Program-made: the position numbers and the translations under genes | Part shown: positions 1-8,355 of the stretch, piece after piece | Layout of the letters: every line of letters starts with the position of its first letter | How positions within the stretch are numbered: position 1 is the first letter of the stretch | NCBI GenBank assembly: GCA_002441285.1 | Contig: DJVR01000028.1 | Span: 2,910-66,909, forward strand | Source: Candidatus Atribacteria bacterium UBA6251 | GTDB lineage: Bacteria > Atribacterota > Phoenicimicrobiia > Phoenicimicrobiales > Phoenicimicrobiaceae | Reading direction: 5' to 3' | Length of the DNA stretch: 64,000 bases | The notes under the pieces: model-generated | What the model was told of the DNA's origin: nothing | Seen by the model: only the letters and a program-made list of their open reading frames with translations | The model's database searches: none

Positions 1-1
1 G

Positions 2-442
2 CATCGCTTAAGAATGATATTACTCTATTTTTATGCTGAATTAGAGAACAGATTGGTAGTGGGAGCAGCTAATAAAACTGAATATAAGATTGGTTATTTT
101 GTAAAGCAGGGATGTGATCATACCACTGATATTATGCCTCTTTTAAGTCTTTATAAAACTCAGATTTATGAACTTGCCTGTTATCTTAAAATCCCCTCTT
201 TTATAATAAAGAAAGCCCCTTCTCCTGATATTGTTCCCGGTTTAAACGATGAAGAAGTAATTGGGCTTTCTTATGAAAAATTAGATTTAATTTTATGTGC
301 TCTGGATAAAAAGGAGAGCATTCAAGATATTGCTAAGGCATTGGATGTAGATGAAAAGATGATTTTTTATGTAAAAAATTTGATAGAAAAATCAGAACAT
401 ATGCGTAGAATTTTCGTGCCGGAAGAAATTGATTTAAAATGA
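2..442 (+). CDS. nadE: NH3-dependent NAD+ synthetase, C-terminal portion (5' end outside the window)
   Basis: The frame is open from base 2, so the ATG at 14 is internal. Translation GAANKTEYKIGYFVKQGCDHTTDIMPLLSLYKTQIYELACYLKIP...APSPDIVPG..DEEVIGLSYEKLD follows the conserved C-terminal NadE pattern (NKSE..GY.TKYGD...LYKTQV..LA..L.IP...PSA). Confidence 0.8.
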   Translation, partial: HRLRMILLYFYAELENRLVVGAANKTEYKIGYFVKQGCDHTTDIMPLLSLYKTQIYELACYLKIPSFIIKKAPSPDIVPGLNDEEVIGLSYEKLDLILCALDKKESIQDIAKALDVDEKMIFYVKNLIEKSEHMRRIFVPEEIDLK

Positions 443-479
443 AAAATTATGATAAAAATTATTTCATAAGGAGAATAAA

Positions 480-1190
480 ATGTCCAGAAAAGAAAAAGAT
501 TTATTAGAAAAGATTAAAGAATATGATACCCCTTCAGTCACTAATGTAGTAGCTACTTACCCCAAACATCCTTTATGTCTTGGTCTTTACCATCCCTGGA
601 GTCAGAACTGGTATACTGACCAAACTATTCGTTGTATGTTTCCTGAACTGGGAAGAACTGTAGGATATGCCGTAACCTGTGTTTATGGTTTGCCTGATCC
701 TGGTTATACCAGATTGTCCTTTATGGAGGTGATTGAAGCACTGGAACAATCAAAAAAACCAGCCATATTAGTAATTAAACAAAATTTTCCATCAGAAATT
801 TCCGGGAAGGTAGGTCTTTCTGGAGGAAATATGACCGCTGCTTTAAAAGCTATGGGCTGTGTAGGAGTAATTTCCGATGGTCCATCCCGGGATATAGATG
901 AGATAAGACCAATGAAGTTTCAGTATATGCTGACTGGCATTACTCCTGGGCATGGAGATATGGCTATCCATGCTATTAATGTGCCAGTTTCAGTAGCTGG
1001 GATGGATGTTGCACCAGGTGAAATCATTCATATGGATGAAAATGGGGCTTGTAAATTTCCGGTTGAAAAGTTAGAACTAATAGTAAAAAATCTTGAATTG
1101 CTTCGCAAAGAAGAAGAGGCGCGGATGGCTGCTTTGGCTAAAGCCAGCACTGCTGCCCAGATAAAAGAGATATTTACCAAAAAATCTTAA
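480..1190 (+). CDS. RraA family protein (RNase E inhibitor / 4-hydroxy-4-methyl-2-oxoglutarate aldolase-like fold)
   Basis: 236 aa with an AGGAG RBS upstream. The core GGNMTAALKAMGCVGVISDGPSRDIDEIR...GEIIHMDENG resembles the RraA/HMG-aldolase family signature. Confidence 0.65.
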   Translation: MSRKEKDLLEKIKEYDTPSVTNVVATYPKHPLCLGLYHPWSQNWYTDQTIRCMFPELGRTVGYAVTCVYGLPDPGYTRLSFMEVIEALEQSKKPAILVIKQNFPSEISGKVGLSGGNMTAALKAMGCVGVISDGPSRDIDEIRPMKFQYMLTGITPGHGDMAIHAINVPVSVAGMDVAPGEIIHMDENGACKFPVEKLELIVKNLELLRKEEEARMAALAKASTAAQIKEIFTKKS

Positions 1191-1499
1191 GCAGAAAATA
1201 AGTTAGAGGAAAAATTTTCTAATTTAATAAAAAGAGATTAATTTATTAATTTAGCGTAGAAAGCGGAAAAATTAATACCTAAAATTTCTCGAGTTCAATT
1301 AATAATCATTGAGGCAGCTGCTCATTGTCCTATGGAGGCCCCATCCTAAGTTTTTAATCAATATCTTTTAAATTTTTTTAAAAAGAATAATCAAGCTTAT
1401 TGAATTTGTTTAATTTAACATAATGGTTAAAAAATGAAAAAATCTTAAAATTTAGTAAATAAAAGATTAGCCTGAAAAATAAATTTTTAGAGGAAAATA

Positions 1500-1931
1500 A
1501 TGGATAGTAAAAAAGAAAATATCAAAAATGAAATATGGAATTACTTTCAGAATTTTCAGTATGTATTTTTAGCTACTTCAGAAGGAGATCAACCCAGGGT
1601 GAGACCAGTTACCCTGATCCATCTGGCTCAGAGGTTCTGGGTAACTACGGGTACATACGATAAAAAGGTGGCTTAAATAAAAAAGAATCCCCGGATAGAG
1701 TTTTGTCTGCCGATTAAAAAAGGAGAAAAAGAAGGTTATATAAGAGGAACAGGCCGAGTAGAGATTAATGAAAACAGAGAGCAAAGAGAAAAGATTGCTC
1801 AAAATTGTGATTTTTTCTATGAATTCTGGAAAGGTCCTGATGATCCGAAATTTACCTTAATAGAAGTATTTTTAGAGGAGATTGAATGCCTAAAACCTGA
1901 TGAAACTATTGCTTACAGACTTAAATTATAA
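1500..1931 (+). pseudogene. Pyridoxamine 5'-phosphate oxidase (PPOX/general stress protein 26-like) family gene interrupted by one in-frame TAA
   Basis: ATG at 1500 gives MDSKKENIKNEIWNYFQNFQYVFLATSEGDQPRVRPVTLIHLAQRFWVTTGTYDKKVA, then TAA at 1674-1676. The same frame continues IKKNPRIEFCLPIKKGEKEGYIRGTGRVEINENREQREKIAQNCDFFYEFWKGPDDPKFTLIEVFLEEIECLKPDETIAYRLKL to TAA at 1929-1931. Both halves together look like one ~143-aa PPOX-like protein. Neither half is in the ORF track (the first is under 60 aa, the second has no start codon). Confidence 0.6.
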
Positions 1932-2069
1932 TCAGTATTTTTGGGAAAAGTATGGTCAAACTAAAAATATCTAAAAGATAAATTTATTTTTAAGGGATAT
2001 TATTTTAGAGATTATACTATGATTATAAATAGAATAATCAATAAAAGTTTAGATGGGAGGAAATTTTTT

Positions 2070-2873
2070 ATGAAAATATACATCAGTGCGGATCTGGAGG
2101 GAGTTACCGGAGCAACTCATTGGGATGAAACTGATAAGACTAAACCTGATTATCAATTCTTTGCTCAGCAGATGACTAAGGAGGTTAAGGCAGCCTGTGA
2201 AGGAGCAATAAAGGCAGGTGCAAAAGAAATTTGGATAAAAGATGCCCATGATACCGCCAGAAATATCTATGCAGATGAACTACCTACAATAGTAAAATTA
2301 ATTCGGGGATGGAGTGAGCATCCTTTTTCAATGGTTCAGGGATTGGATAAAACTTTTGATGCCTTATTAATGATTGGTTATCATTCTTACGGTAGTTCCG
2401 GGAGCAATCCTTTATCTCATACCTTAAGTTCTAAAAAGATAAATTACCTAAAATTAAATGGAGAAATAGCCAGCGAATTTTTAATTTACAGTTATATTGC
2501 TGCTAGTATGGAAATACCAGTAGTTTTTGTAAGTGGAGATGAAGGAATCTGTCTGGAAGCCAGGAAGCATATCCCAAATATCAGAACAGTAGCGGTTAAT
2601 CAAGGAATTGGTAATTCTACTATTAGTATTCATCCTAAACTTGCTCTAAAAAGAATAGAAGAGGAAGTTAATTCTGTTTTAAAAAGTAATTTCCAAAATT
2701 GTCAAATAAAATTACCAGAGCATTTTAAAGTTGAGCTATCTTTTAAAAAGCATACTCTGGCTTATCGATCGTCTTTTTATCCGGGAATGAAACAGATTTC
2801 CCCTACTGAGTTATGGTTTGAGACCAATAATTATTTTGATGTGTTGAGGATGCTATTATTCGTAATTTTATAA
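2070..2873 (+). CDS. dppA: D-aminopeptidase, peptidase family M55 (DppA-like)
   Basis: MKIYISADLEGVTGATHWDE... is the typical M55/DppA N-terminus. GGGAGG at 2055-2060 precedes the ATG at 2070, so I prefer that start over the listed 2019. Confidence 0.8.
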   Translation: MKIYISADLEGVTGATHWDETDKTKPDYQFFAQQMTKEVKAACEGAIKAGAKEIWIKDAHDTARNIYADELPTIVKLIRGWSEHPFSMVQGLDKTFDALLMIGYHSYGSSGSNPLSHTLSSKKINYLKLNGEIASEFLIYSYIAASMEIPVVFVSGDEGICLEARKHIPNIRTVAVNQGIGNSTISIHPKLALKRIEEEVNSVLKSNFQNCQIKLPEHFKVELSFKKHTLAYRSSFYPGMKQISPTELWFETNNYFDVLRMLLFVIL

Positions 2874-3047
2874 ATAGATTCGAGGATAAAAAATAAAAAA
2901 ATAGGTATTTTTTTGAATAAAAAGTATGTTGTGAACAAAAAATTTTATGTTATAATAAGAAAATTAATTTTTTACCGAATAAAACAATCAACAACCAATA
3001 AAATTAATTTACATAATCAACAAATCAAAATTCTATTTCCGTGAGGA

Positions 3048-3737
3048 TTGATAATGGAAGAAAGTTGGTTAGCTATTTATGAAGCTCTTCCTTATTTACT
3101 CAAAGGTTCTGCAGTAACTATAGGTTTAGTGGCAGGAGCTTTAGCCTTAGGCTTAATTTTGGGGATTCCTATGGCTATAAATCAGGTTTATGGTAATAAA
3201 TATATAAAAATAATCATCTCTTTTTATGTCTGGTTTTTTAGAGGAATCCCAGTTTTAGTCTTGTTATTTCTTTTTTATTTTGGTTTATTTGTTCTTTTAG
3301 GACTTGATTTATCTGCTTTTAAAGCCGGTATCCTGGTGTTGGGTTTAAGAAGCGCTGCTTATCAATCTCAAATCTTCAGGGGAAGTATTCAATCTTTAGG
3401 GGAAGGTCAAATGCTAGCCTCTTTATCTTTAGGGATGAGTAAAATTCAGGCTATCTGGAATATTATTTTACCACAAGCCATAAGAATTTCCTTACCTGGA
3501 TGGTCCAATGAGTATTCTATAATTTTAAAAGATTCTGCAGTTACTTATGCTATTGGTTTAATGGAAATAATGACTAGAGGTAAGTTTATTGCTACTAGAA
3601 CATTTAAACCGATGCCCATCTATCTAATCTGTGCTTTGATCTTTCTTATTTTAACTTACGGAGGAGTAAAATTACTCAGTGAACTGGAAAAAAAGGTTCG
3701 AATTCCTGGTTTTGGAAATAAAGGAGAGGGGAATTAG
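3048..3737 (+). CDS. Polar amino-acid ABC transporter permease (His/Glu/Gln/Arg/opine family)
   Basis: Multi-pass hydrophobic protein with the family EAA-loop region SLGMSKIQAIWNIILPQAIRISLPGWSNE. The start may be TTG 3048 or ATG 3054. Confidence 0.85.
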   Translation: MIMEESWLAIYEALPYLLKGSAVTIGLVAGALALGLILGIPMAINQVYGNKYIKIIISFYVWFFRGIPVLVLLFLFYFGLFVLLGLDLSAFKAGILVLGLRSAAYQSQIFRGSIQSLGEGQMLASLSLGMSKIQAIWNIILPQAIRISLPGWSNEYSIILKDSAVTYAIGLMEIMTRGKFIATRTFKPMPIYLICALIFLILTYGGVKLLSELEKKVRIPGFGNKGEGN

Positions 3738-3742
3738 ATAAA

Positions 3743-4513
3743 ATGCAAGAAGATCAACCTATAGTTTTGAAAATTGAGAATATTCACAAAAGATATGGAG
3801 AAACTGAGGTACTTAAGGGGGTATCTTTTACAGTAAAAAGGGGAGAAACCAAAGTTATTATTGGTCCTTCTGGTAGCGGAAAAAGTACCCTTTTGCGTTG
3901 TATTAATCAATTGACTATTCCTGACCAGGGAAGGGTTTGGTTGGAGGATGAAGAAGTAACTCATATTAAAAAGGATATCAATCTTTTTCGTCAGAAAATT
4001 GGTATGGTTTTTCAAGATTTTAATTTATTTGATCATTTAACGGCTCTTCGTAATGTAGAGATAGGATTGATAAAGGTAAAAGGTATGAATAAAAAACAGG
4101 CTCGGGAAAGGGCATACAATGAGCTCTTACGAGTGGGGTTGAAAGATCAAGCAAATTTATACCCGGCTCAACTTTCAGGGGGTCAAAAACAAAGAGTTTC
4201 TATCGCCCGAGCACTAGCTATGGATCCTAGTGTTATCCTTTTTGATGAACCTACTTCTGCTCTTGATCCAGAATTAATTGGTGAAGTTCTGGAGGTAATA
4301 AAGAATTTAGCTCTTAGTGGAATGACTATGGTAGTAGTAACTCACGAAATGGGATTTGCCCGTTCGGTAGCCAATGAAATAATCTTTATCGAAAATGGGA
4401 TGATCCTTGATCAGGGATCTCCTTATGACTTATTTATTAACCCAAAACATGAAAGAACTAAAAAGTTTCTCTATAAAATTACTGAATTATATGGAAAGTC
4501 AAAGGATGAATAA
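3743..4513 (+). CDS. Polar amino-acid ABC transporter ATP-binding protein (GlnQ/HisP-like)
   Basis: Walker A GPSGSGKST, signature LSGGQKQRVSIARAL, Walker B ILFDEPTSALD. The stop overlaps the next start (TAATG). Confidence 0.9.
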   Translation: MQEDQPIVLKIENIHKRYGETEVLKGVSFTVKRGETKVIIGPSGSGKSTLLRCINQLTIPDQGRVWLEDEEVTHIKKDINLFRQKIGMVFQDFNLFDHLTALRNVEIGLIKVKGMNKKQARERAYNELLRVGLKDQANLYPAQLSGGQKQRVSIARALAMDPSVILFDEPTSALDPELIGEVLEVIKNLALSGMTMVVVTHEMGFARSVANEIIFIENGMILDQGSPYDLFINPKHERTKKFLYKITELYGKSKDE

Positions 4514-5175
4514 TGGATAGTCTTGATTTTATTAAAGATATAGTTTTGCCACCGTTATTTGAAGGAACTCTGGTTACCTTAAAATTATTAGTCTTTTCCA
4601 TTCCTTTAGGTTTAGTCCTGGGGATTTTGATAGGTACTGGAAGGGTTTATGGAAATAGAATAATTTCTTTTTTATGTACAGTTTATACTATTTTTTTCCG
4701 AGGGACACCCTTATTAGTACAGCTTTTTGTAATTTATTATGGACTTCCTAGCTTGGGGATATATTTTTCTCCTTTTACTGCTGCGGTAATCGGTTTTGTG
4801 ATATGCAGCGCAGCTTATCATTCTGAATATATCAGAGGGGCCTTTTTATCGATTAAAAATGGTCAAATGATGGCAGCTCAAGCCTTAGGGATGAGTAGAA
4901 TGCAGGCAATTGTTAATATTATTTTCCCCCAAGCTATCAGAAGAGCTCTGCCTGGTTGTTCTAATGAAATTATTTATTTAGTGAAATATTCTTCTCTGGC
5001 TTTTATGGTTACTTGTGTAGAATTGACTGGGGCTGGCAAGATTGTAGCAACCCGTTATTTTAGATATACTGAAGTCTTTTTAGTAATAGGGGCTTTATAT
5101 TTAATAATGGTAACCATAGTTTCCAATTTACTTAAGGTAATGGAGAGAAGATTAAAAATTCCGGGATTAGGTTAG
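4513..5175 (+). CDS. Polar amino-acid ABC transporter permease (second subunit)
   Basis: Paralogue of 3048-3737 with ALGMSRMQAIVNIIFPQAIRRALPGCSNE. Translationally coupled to the ATPase gene. Confidence 0.85.
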   Translation: MDSLDFIKDIVLPPLFEGTLVTLKLLVFSIPLGLVLGILIGTGRVYGNRIISFLCTVYTIFFRGTPLLVQLFVIYYGLPSLGIYFSPFTAAVIGFVICSAAYHSEYIRGAFLSIKNGQMMAAQALGMSRMQAIVNIIFPQAIRRALPGCSNEIIYLVKYSSLAFMVTCVELTGAGKIVATRYFRYTEVFLVIGALYLIMVTIVSNLLKVMERRLKIPGLG

Positions 5176-5298
5176 TATAATATATGCTATAAAAACCTGA
5201 TCTAAATTGGAGAGGAAGGAAGGTGATGGTTAATTAAGAATTAATCTGGAATAATTTTACACATAAAGATTATACAAAAAAAGAAAGGAGAGAAAAAG

Positions 5299-6069
5299 AT
5301 GACAAAAAATAAAAGTAATTTATTAAAATTCGTGATAACCTTTACTATTATTTTCTTGATGTTGGGGATCATTATTAACCAGGCTCAGGAGAAAAAAGTT
5401 TATATTAATGGTATTGATCCTGATTTTCCACCTTTTGCTTATGTAGATAAGGATGGTAACCCAGCGGGATTTGATGTAGAGGCAGTAAACTGGATTGCTC
5501 AGGAAATGGGTTTTGAAGTTAAACATCAACCTACTGCCTGGGATACTATTATTCCTACTTTGAATGCCAAGAAGATTGATTTTATTGCTTCAGGTCTTTC
5601 GGTTACCGAAGAGAGGGCAAAAGTTATTGCTTATACTATCCCTTATTATGAACATAAATGGTCTTTAGTGGTTCGAGCTGATTCTGATTTGAATATAGTT
5701 ACCGGTCTAAGCCAGGGGCACACTGTTGGTGTTCAGAGAGGAACTACTGGAGCTAACTGGATTGAAGATAATCTGATAAAAAAGGGTGTAGATGTAAAGA
5801 TTAAAGTATATGATACCTTTACTTTAGCAATTGAGGATCTTTTAAATGGCAGAATAGATTCTGCAGTTCAAGATGATACTATGGTAAAAGAAATATTAGC
5901 AGCTAGAACAGGATTAAAGGAAGTAGGAACCTGGGGAACTGGAGAAGAAAAATATGCCTATGGAGTAAGGAAAGATGATACCGAGCTGTTAGAACTTTTA
6001 AATGAAGGCTTAAGAAGGATAATGGCTTCACCAAAGTGGAGCGAACTTAAAGCTAAGTATGGTATATAA
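5299..6069 (+). CDS. Amino-acid ABC transporter substrate-binding protein (family 3 SBP)
   Basis: N-terminal hydrophobic signal/anchor, then GIDPDFPPFAYVDKDGNPAGFDVE...IASGLSVTEERAK, typical of polar amino-acid binding proteins. Confidence 0.85.
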   Translation: MTKNKSNLLKFVITFTIIFLMLGIIINQAQEKKVYINGIDPDFPPFAYVDKDGNPAGFDVEAVNWIAQEMGFEVKHQPTAWDTIIPTLNAKKIDFIASGLSVTEERAKVIAYTIPYYEHKWSLVVRADSDLNIVTGLSQGHTVGVQRGTTGANWIEDNLIKKGVDVKIKVYDTFTLAIEDLLNGRIDSAVQDDTMVKEILAARTGLKEVGTWGTGEEKYAYGVRKDDTELLELLNEGLRRIMASPKWSELKAKYGI

Positions 6070-6095
6070 GTATAAGGTAAAACATTTAAATAATT

Positions 6096-6140
6096 CTGTG
6101 CTAAAGGTAAAGCAGAAGATTAGCTTTACCTTTAGCACAG
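6096..6140 (+). terminator. Strong hairpin after the ABC transporter operon (probable terminator)
   Basis: 18-bp perfect stem, CTGTGCTAAAGGTAAAGC (6096-6113) pairing with GCTTTACCTTTAGCACAG (6123-6140), with a 9-nt loop. No clean T-run follows, hence moderate confidence. Confidence 0.5.
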
Positions 6141-6231
6141 AAAAGTTAATCTATTTTATTAATTATTAGCATTAAAAAATTTATAGCTTGAAAGCATAAG
6201 GTATTTTCTCAAGTAAAGAGAGGAAGAGTCA

Positions 6232-7494
6232 ATGGTAAAAATTTCAATTCCTTATGGTAAAGAAAATATCACTATTTCTATCCCCAGAAAAAATTTATTA
6301 AAAGTCTGCCAATTAAAAGAAGTATCCGGAGTTAAAGATAACTTAAAAACCATTAAAGAAGCCCTACAAAACCCTATTGGTTCTCCCACTATTCCGGAAA
6401 TAGCCAGGGGGGAAAAATCCGCAGTAGTGATTTGTACTGATAATACTAGACCTACTCCTGACCAATATCTTATACCGCCGGTTTTAAATGAACTTAATAA
6501 AGGTGGGATATCTGATAAAGACATTAAAATTATTATTGCCCGAGGTCAGCACAGAAAGATGACTGACCAGGAAATTACCCAAAAAGTTGGATCAGAAATT
6601 CTTAAAAGGGTAAAAGTTGAACAGCATGATCCTGATCATAATCTTCATTACCTTGGTAAATCGAAAAGAGGCAATGAATTGTGGGTAAATAAAGAAGTGG
6701 TTCAGGCAGAAGTAAAGATATCTACCGGAAATATTGTTCCACATAGGTACGCTGGATATGGAGGAGGGGCTAAGAGTATTTTACCGGGCATCTCTTCAAG
6801 AGATACTATTGGATATAATCATCTTTATGTGGAGACTGGAGAGGCTGCCCTGGGCAAAACCGAAGGCAACCCCGTAAGAGAAGAGATGGAAGAGGCAGCA
6901 AAAATGATTGGGCTAGATATGATAGTAAATACCATTATGAATACCAGGGGTGAAATAGTAGAAGTGGTAGCAGGCAATCCACTTTTAGCTCATCAACATG
7001 GGATAAAAATAGTGAATAGCATTTATGGTACTCAAGTTCCAGAAAAAGCAGATATAGTAATAGCCAGTAGTTTTCCTATGGATATAAATTTCCATCAGGC
7101 CTCCAAGACTTTAGAAGCCATTGGTCATATCATTAAAGAAGACAGTATAATTATAATGCTATCTCCTTGTTATGAAGGAATAGGGGGAAAAGATTTTGTT
7201 GATTTCTTGAAAAAAGAAACTCCAGAGGAAATTATTGCTGAAATCAAAGCTCATAAAGAAAAGAATGTAGTATCGGGGATTATTTCATATTTAATAACTA
7301 AATGTAAGGAAAAAGCTAAAATTTATTTAAAGTCTGAAGGAATAAGTGATAAAGATATAAGGGAGATGGGATTTTATCCCATATATTCTGTGCAATCTAC
7401 CTTGGAAGAGAGTTTAAAAAATTATGGTGAAAAAGCTAAAGTTTTAATCTTTCCTACTGCTTCTATTACTCTTCCTTTATTACAAACAAAATAA
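6232..7494 (+). CDS. LarA-family (nickel-pincer cofactor dependent) 2-hydroxyacid racemase/epimerase homologue
   Basis: 420 aa that aligns by eye to Lactobacillus plantarum LarA: NPIGSPTIPEIARGEKSAVVICTDNTRPTP (LarA: NPIGSDKLEELARGKHNIVIISSDHTRPVP). The catalytic/cofactor positions are kept: RGQHRK (His108 region), PHRYAGYGGGAKSILPG (His174 and cofactor-tethering Lys184 region). Confidence 0.8.
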   Translation: MVKISIPYGKENITISIPRKNLLKVCQLKEVSGVKDNLKTIKEALQNPIGSPTIPEIARGEKSAVVICTDNTRPTPDQYLIPPVLNELNKGGISDKDIKIIIARGQHRKMTDQEITQKVGSEILKRVKVEQHDPDHNLHYLGKSKRGNELWVNKEVVQAEVKISTGNIVPHRYAGYGGGAKSILPGISSRDTIGYNHLYVETGEAALGKTEGNPVREEMEEAAKMIGLDMIVNTIMNTRGEIVEVVAGNPLLAHQHGIKIVNSIYGTQVPEKADIVIASSFPMDINFHQASKTLEAIGHIIKEDSIIIMLSPCYEGIGGKDFVDFLKKETPEEIIAEIKAHKEKNVVSGIISYLITKCKEKAKIYLKSEGISDKDIREMGFYPIYSVQSTLEESLKNYGEKAKVLIFPTASITLPLLQTK

Positions 7495-7622
7495 AAAGCA
7501 AAAGAAGTGAAAATTTTAAAATTAATAAATAAGATCGATGAAACCATTATCTTATTACTCATAGAAATTTTGCCTTTTAAGAGATGGAAAGAGACTTTTT
7601 GATTTAAAGGAGAGGTTATTAA

Positions 7623-8060
7623 TTGAAAGGAATTGGTTATTTCACTATTTCCCTGTTGCTATCTTCGGAATCAGAGGAAAAAGATTTAATTAAAAAACTA
7701 AAAGAGTTAGGCTATAAGGTAAGTCAGGGTAAGTCTGGAACTATGGATAGCAAAGAGTTAATTGCAGCTATCGAAACAACCGCTAAAAGAGAAGGAATTT
7801 TCCAGGCAGATTGTTATAGAGATGAACATGTAGTCTATCATACCGCTTTAAGTGCCTTGAGAGGATTTTGTAGAGGAGAAATTGGGATTGGAAACTTTTT
7901 GAGGACGATAGGGGTAAAATTTGTGGTATTAAGAGGTCCCATTGATATAACTCGAAGAAATTTAGGAGAATGGGTAGCGGTAGGTATTTATGGAATGGTA
8001 GGAGCACCAGTAAAAGGATTTGAACATGAAGCCATAGGTTTAGAGATTAATAGTATTTAA
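7623..8060 (+). CDS. hutP: HutP, histidine-responsive RNA-binding antiterminator
   Basis: 145 aa, collinear with B. subtilis HutP. Window: GTMDSKELIAAIETTAKREGI...YRDEHVVYHTALSALRGFCRGE...LRTIGVKFVVLRG...EWVAVGIYGMVGAPVKGFEHEAIGLEINSI. HutP: GSMDAHKVIAAIETASKKSGV...[22 protein letters not shown]...LRTVGLRFAVLRG...DWIAVSLYGTIGAPIKGLEHETFGVGINHI. TTG start with GGAGAGG RBS. Confidence 0.9.
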   Translation: MKGIGYFTISLLLSSESEEKDLIKKLKELGYKVSQGKSGTMDSKELIAAIETTAKREGIFQADCYRDEHVVYHTALSALRGFCRGEIGIGNFLRTIGVKFVVLRGPIDITRRNLGEWVAVGIYGMVGAPVKGFEHEAIGLEINSI

Positions 8061-8116
8061 TTTTTATATTTTTTGAAATAAATTTTGTGATCTATCAGAG
8101 ATAGTTATATAAATAC

Positions 8117-8146
8117 TTGGACTTATTAGTATAATAGTAGTATAAT
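8117..8146 (+). promoter_or_regulatory. Candidate sigma-70 type promoter in the hutP-iorA spacer
   Basis: TTGGAC (8117-8122), an 18-nt spacer, then TATAAT (8141-8146). Sequence match only, in very AT-rich DNA. Confidence 0.3.
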
Positions 8147-8262
8147 TTATTTAAAGATGATAAAAACACTTAAAGTAATTATTCCATAGATTGAATATCT
8201 TTATTTCATTTCAATAGAAATTTTGTTTGAGTAATAAAATAATTAAATATTTTATAAACCCA

Positions 8263-8286
8263 AAGACAATAGATGATAGGGGGTAG
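8263..8286 (+). promoter_or_regulatory. HutP binding site: four NAG triplets with exact 4-nt spacers
   Basis: AAG(8263-65)-acaa-TAG(8270-72)-atga-TAG(8277-79)-gggg-TAG(8284-86). UAG-N4-UAG-N4-UAG is the established HutP recognition pattern. The last two triplets lie in the 5' arm of the terminator stem. Confidence 0.75.
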
Positions 8287-8311
8287 TTAATAATTACCTC
8301 CTATTTTTTTT
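8276..8311 (+). terminator. Intrinsic terminator (HutP-controlled attenuator) upstream of iorA
   Basis: Stem 8276-8285 (ATAGGGGGTA) pairs with 8295-8304 (TACCTCCTAT). It is 10 bp with one G-U pair and a 9-nt loop, followed by a run of 8 T (8304-8311). It lies 45 nt upstream of the iorA start. Confidence 0.8.
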
Positions 8312-8355
8312 ACTATGATTATTTTTTAAAGATTATTTAATAAGGAGGTGTAAAC

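Noticed and set aside
1674-1676. Whether the in-frame TAA in the PPOX-like gene reflects stop-codon reassignment or programmed read-through.
   Set aside because: TAA is the normal terminator of many well-supported genes in this window, including this gene's own end. No recoding signal is evident, so a simple nonsense mutation or sequencing error is more parsimonious.
8127-8140. TAG-tataa-TAG-TAG as the upstream (first) HutP binding cluster.
   Set aside because: The spacings are 5 nt and 0 nt rather than the required 4 nt. The segment also overlaps the candidate -10 region, so it may not be transcribed from the local promoter. It is left as unresolved rather than called.
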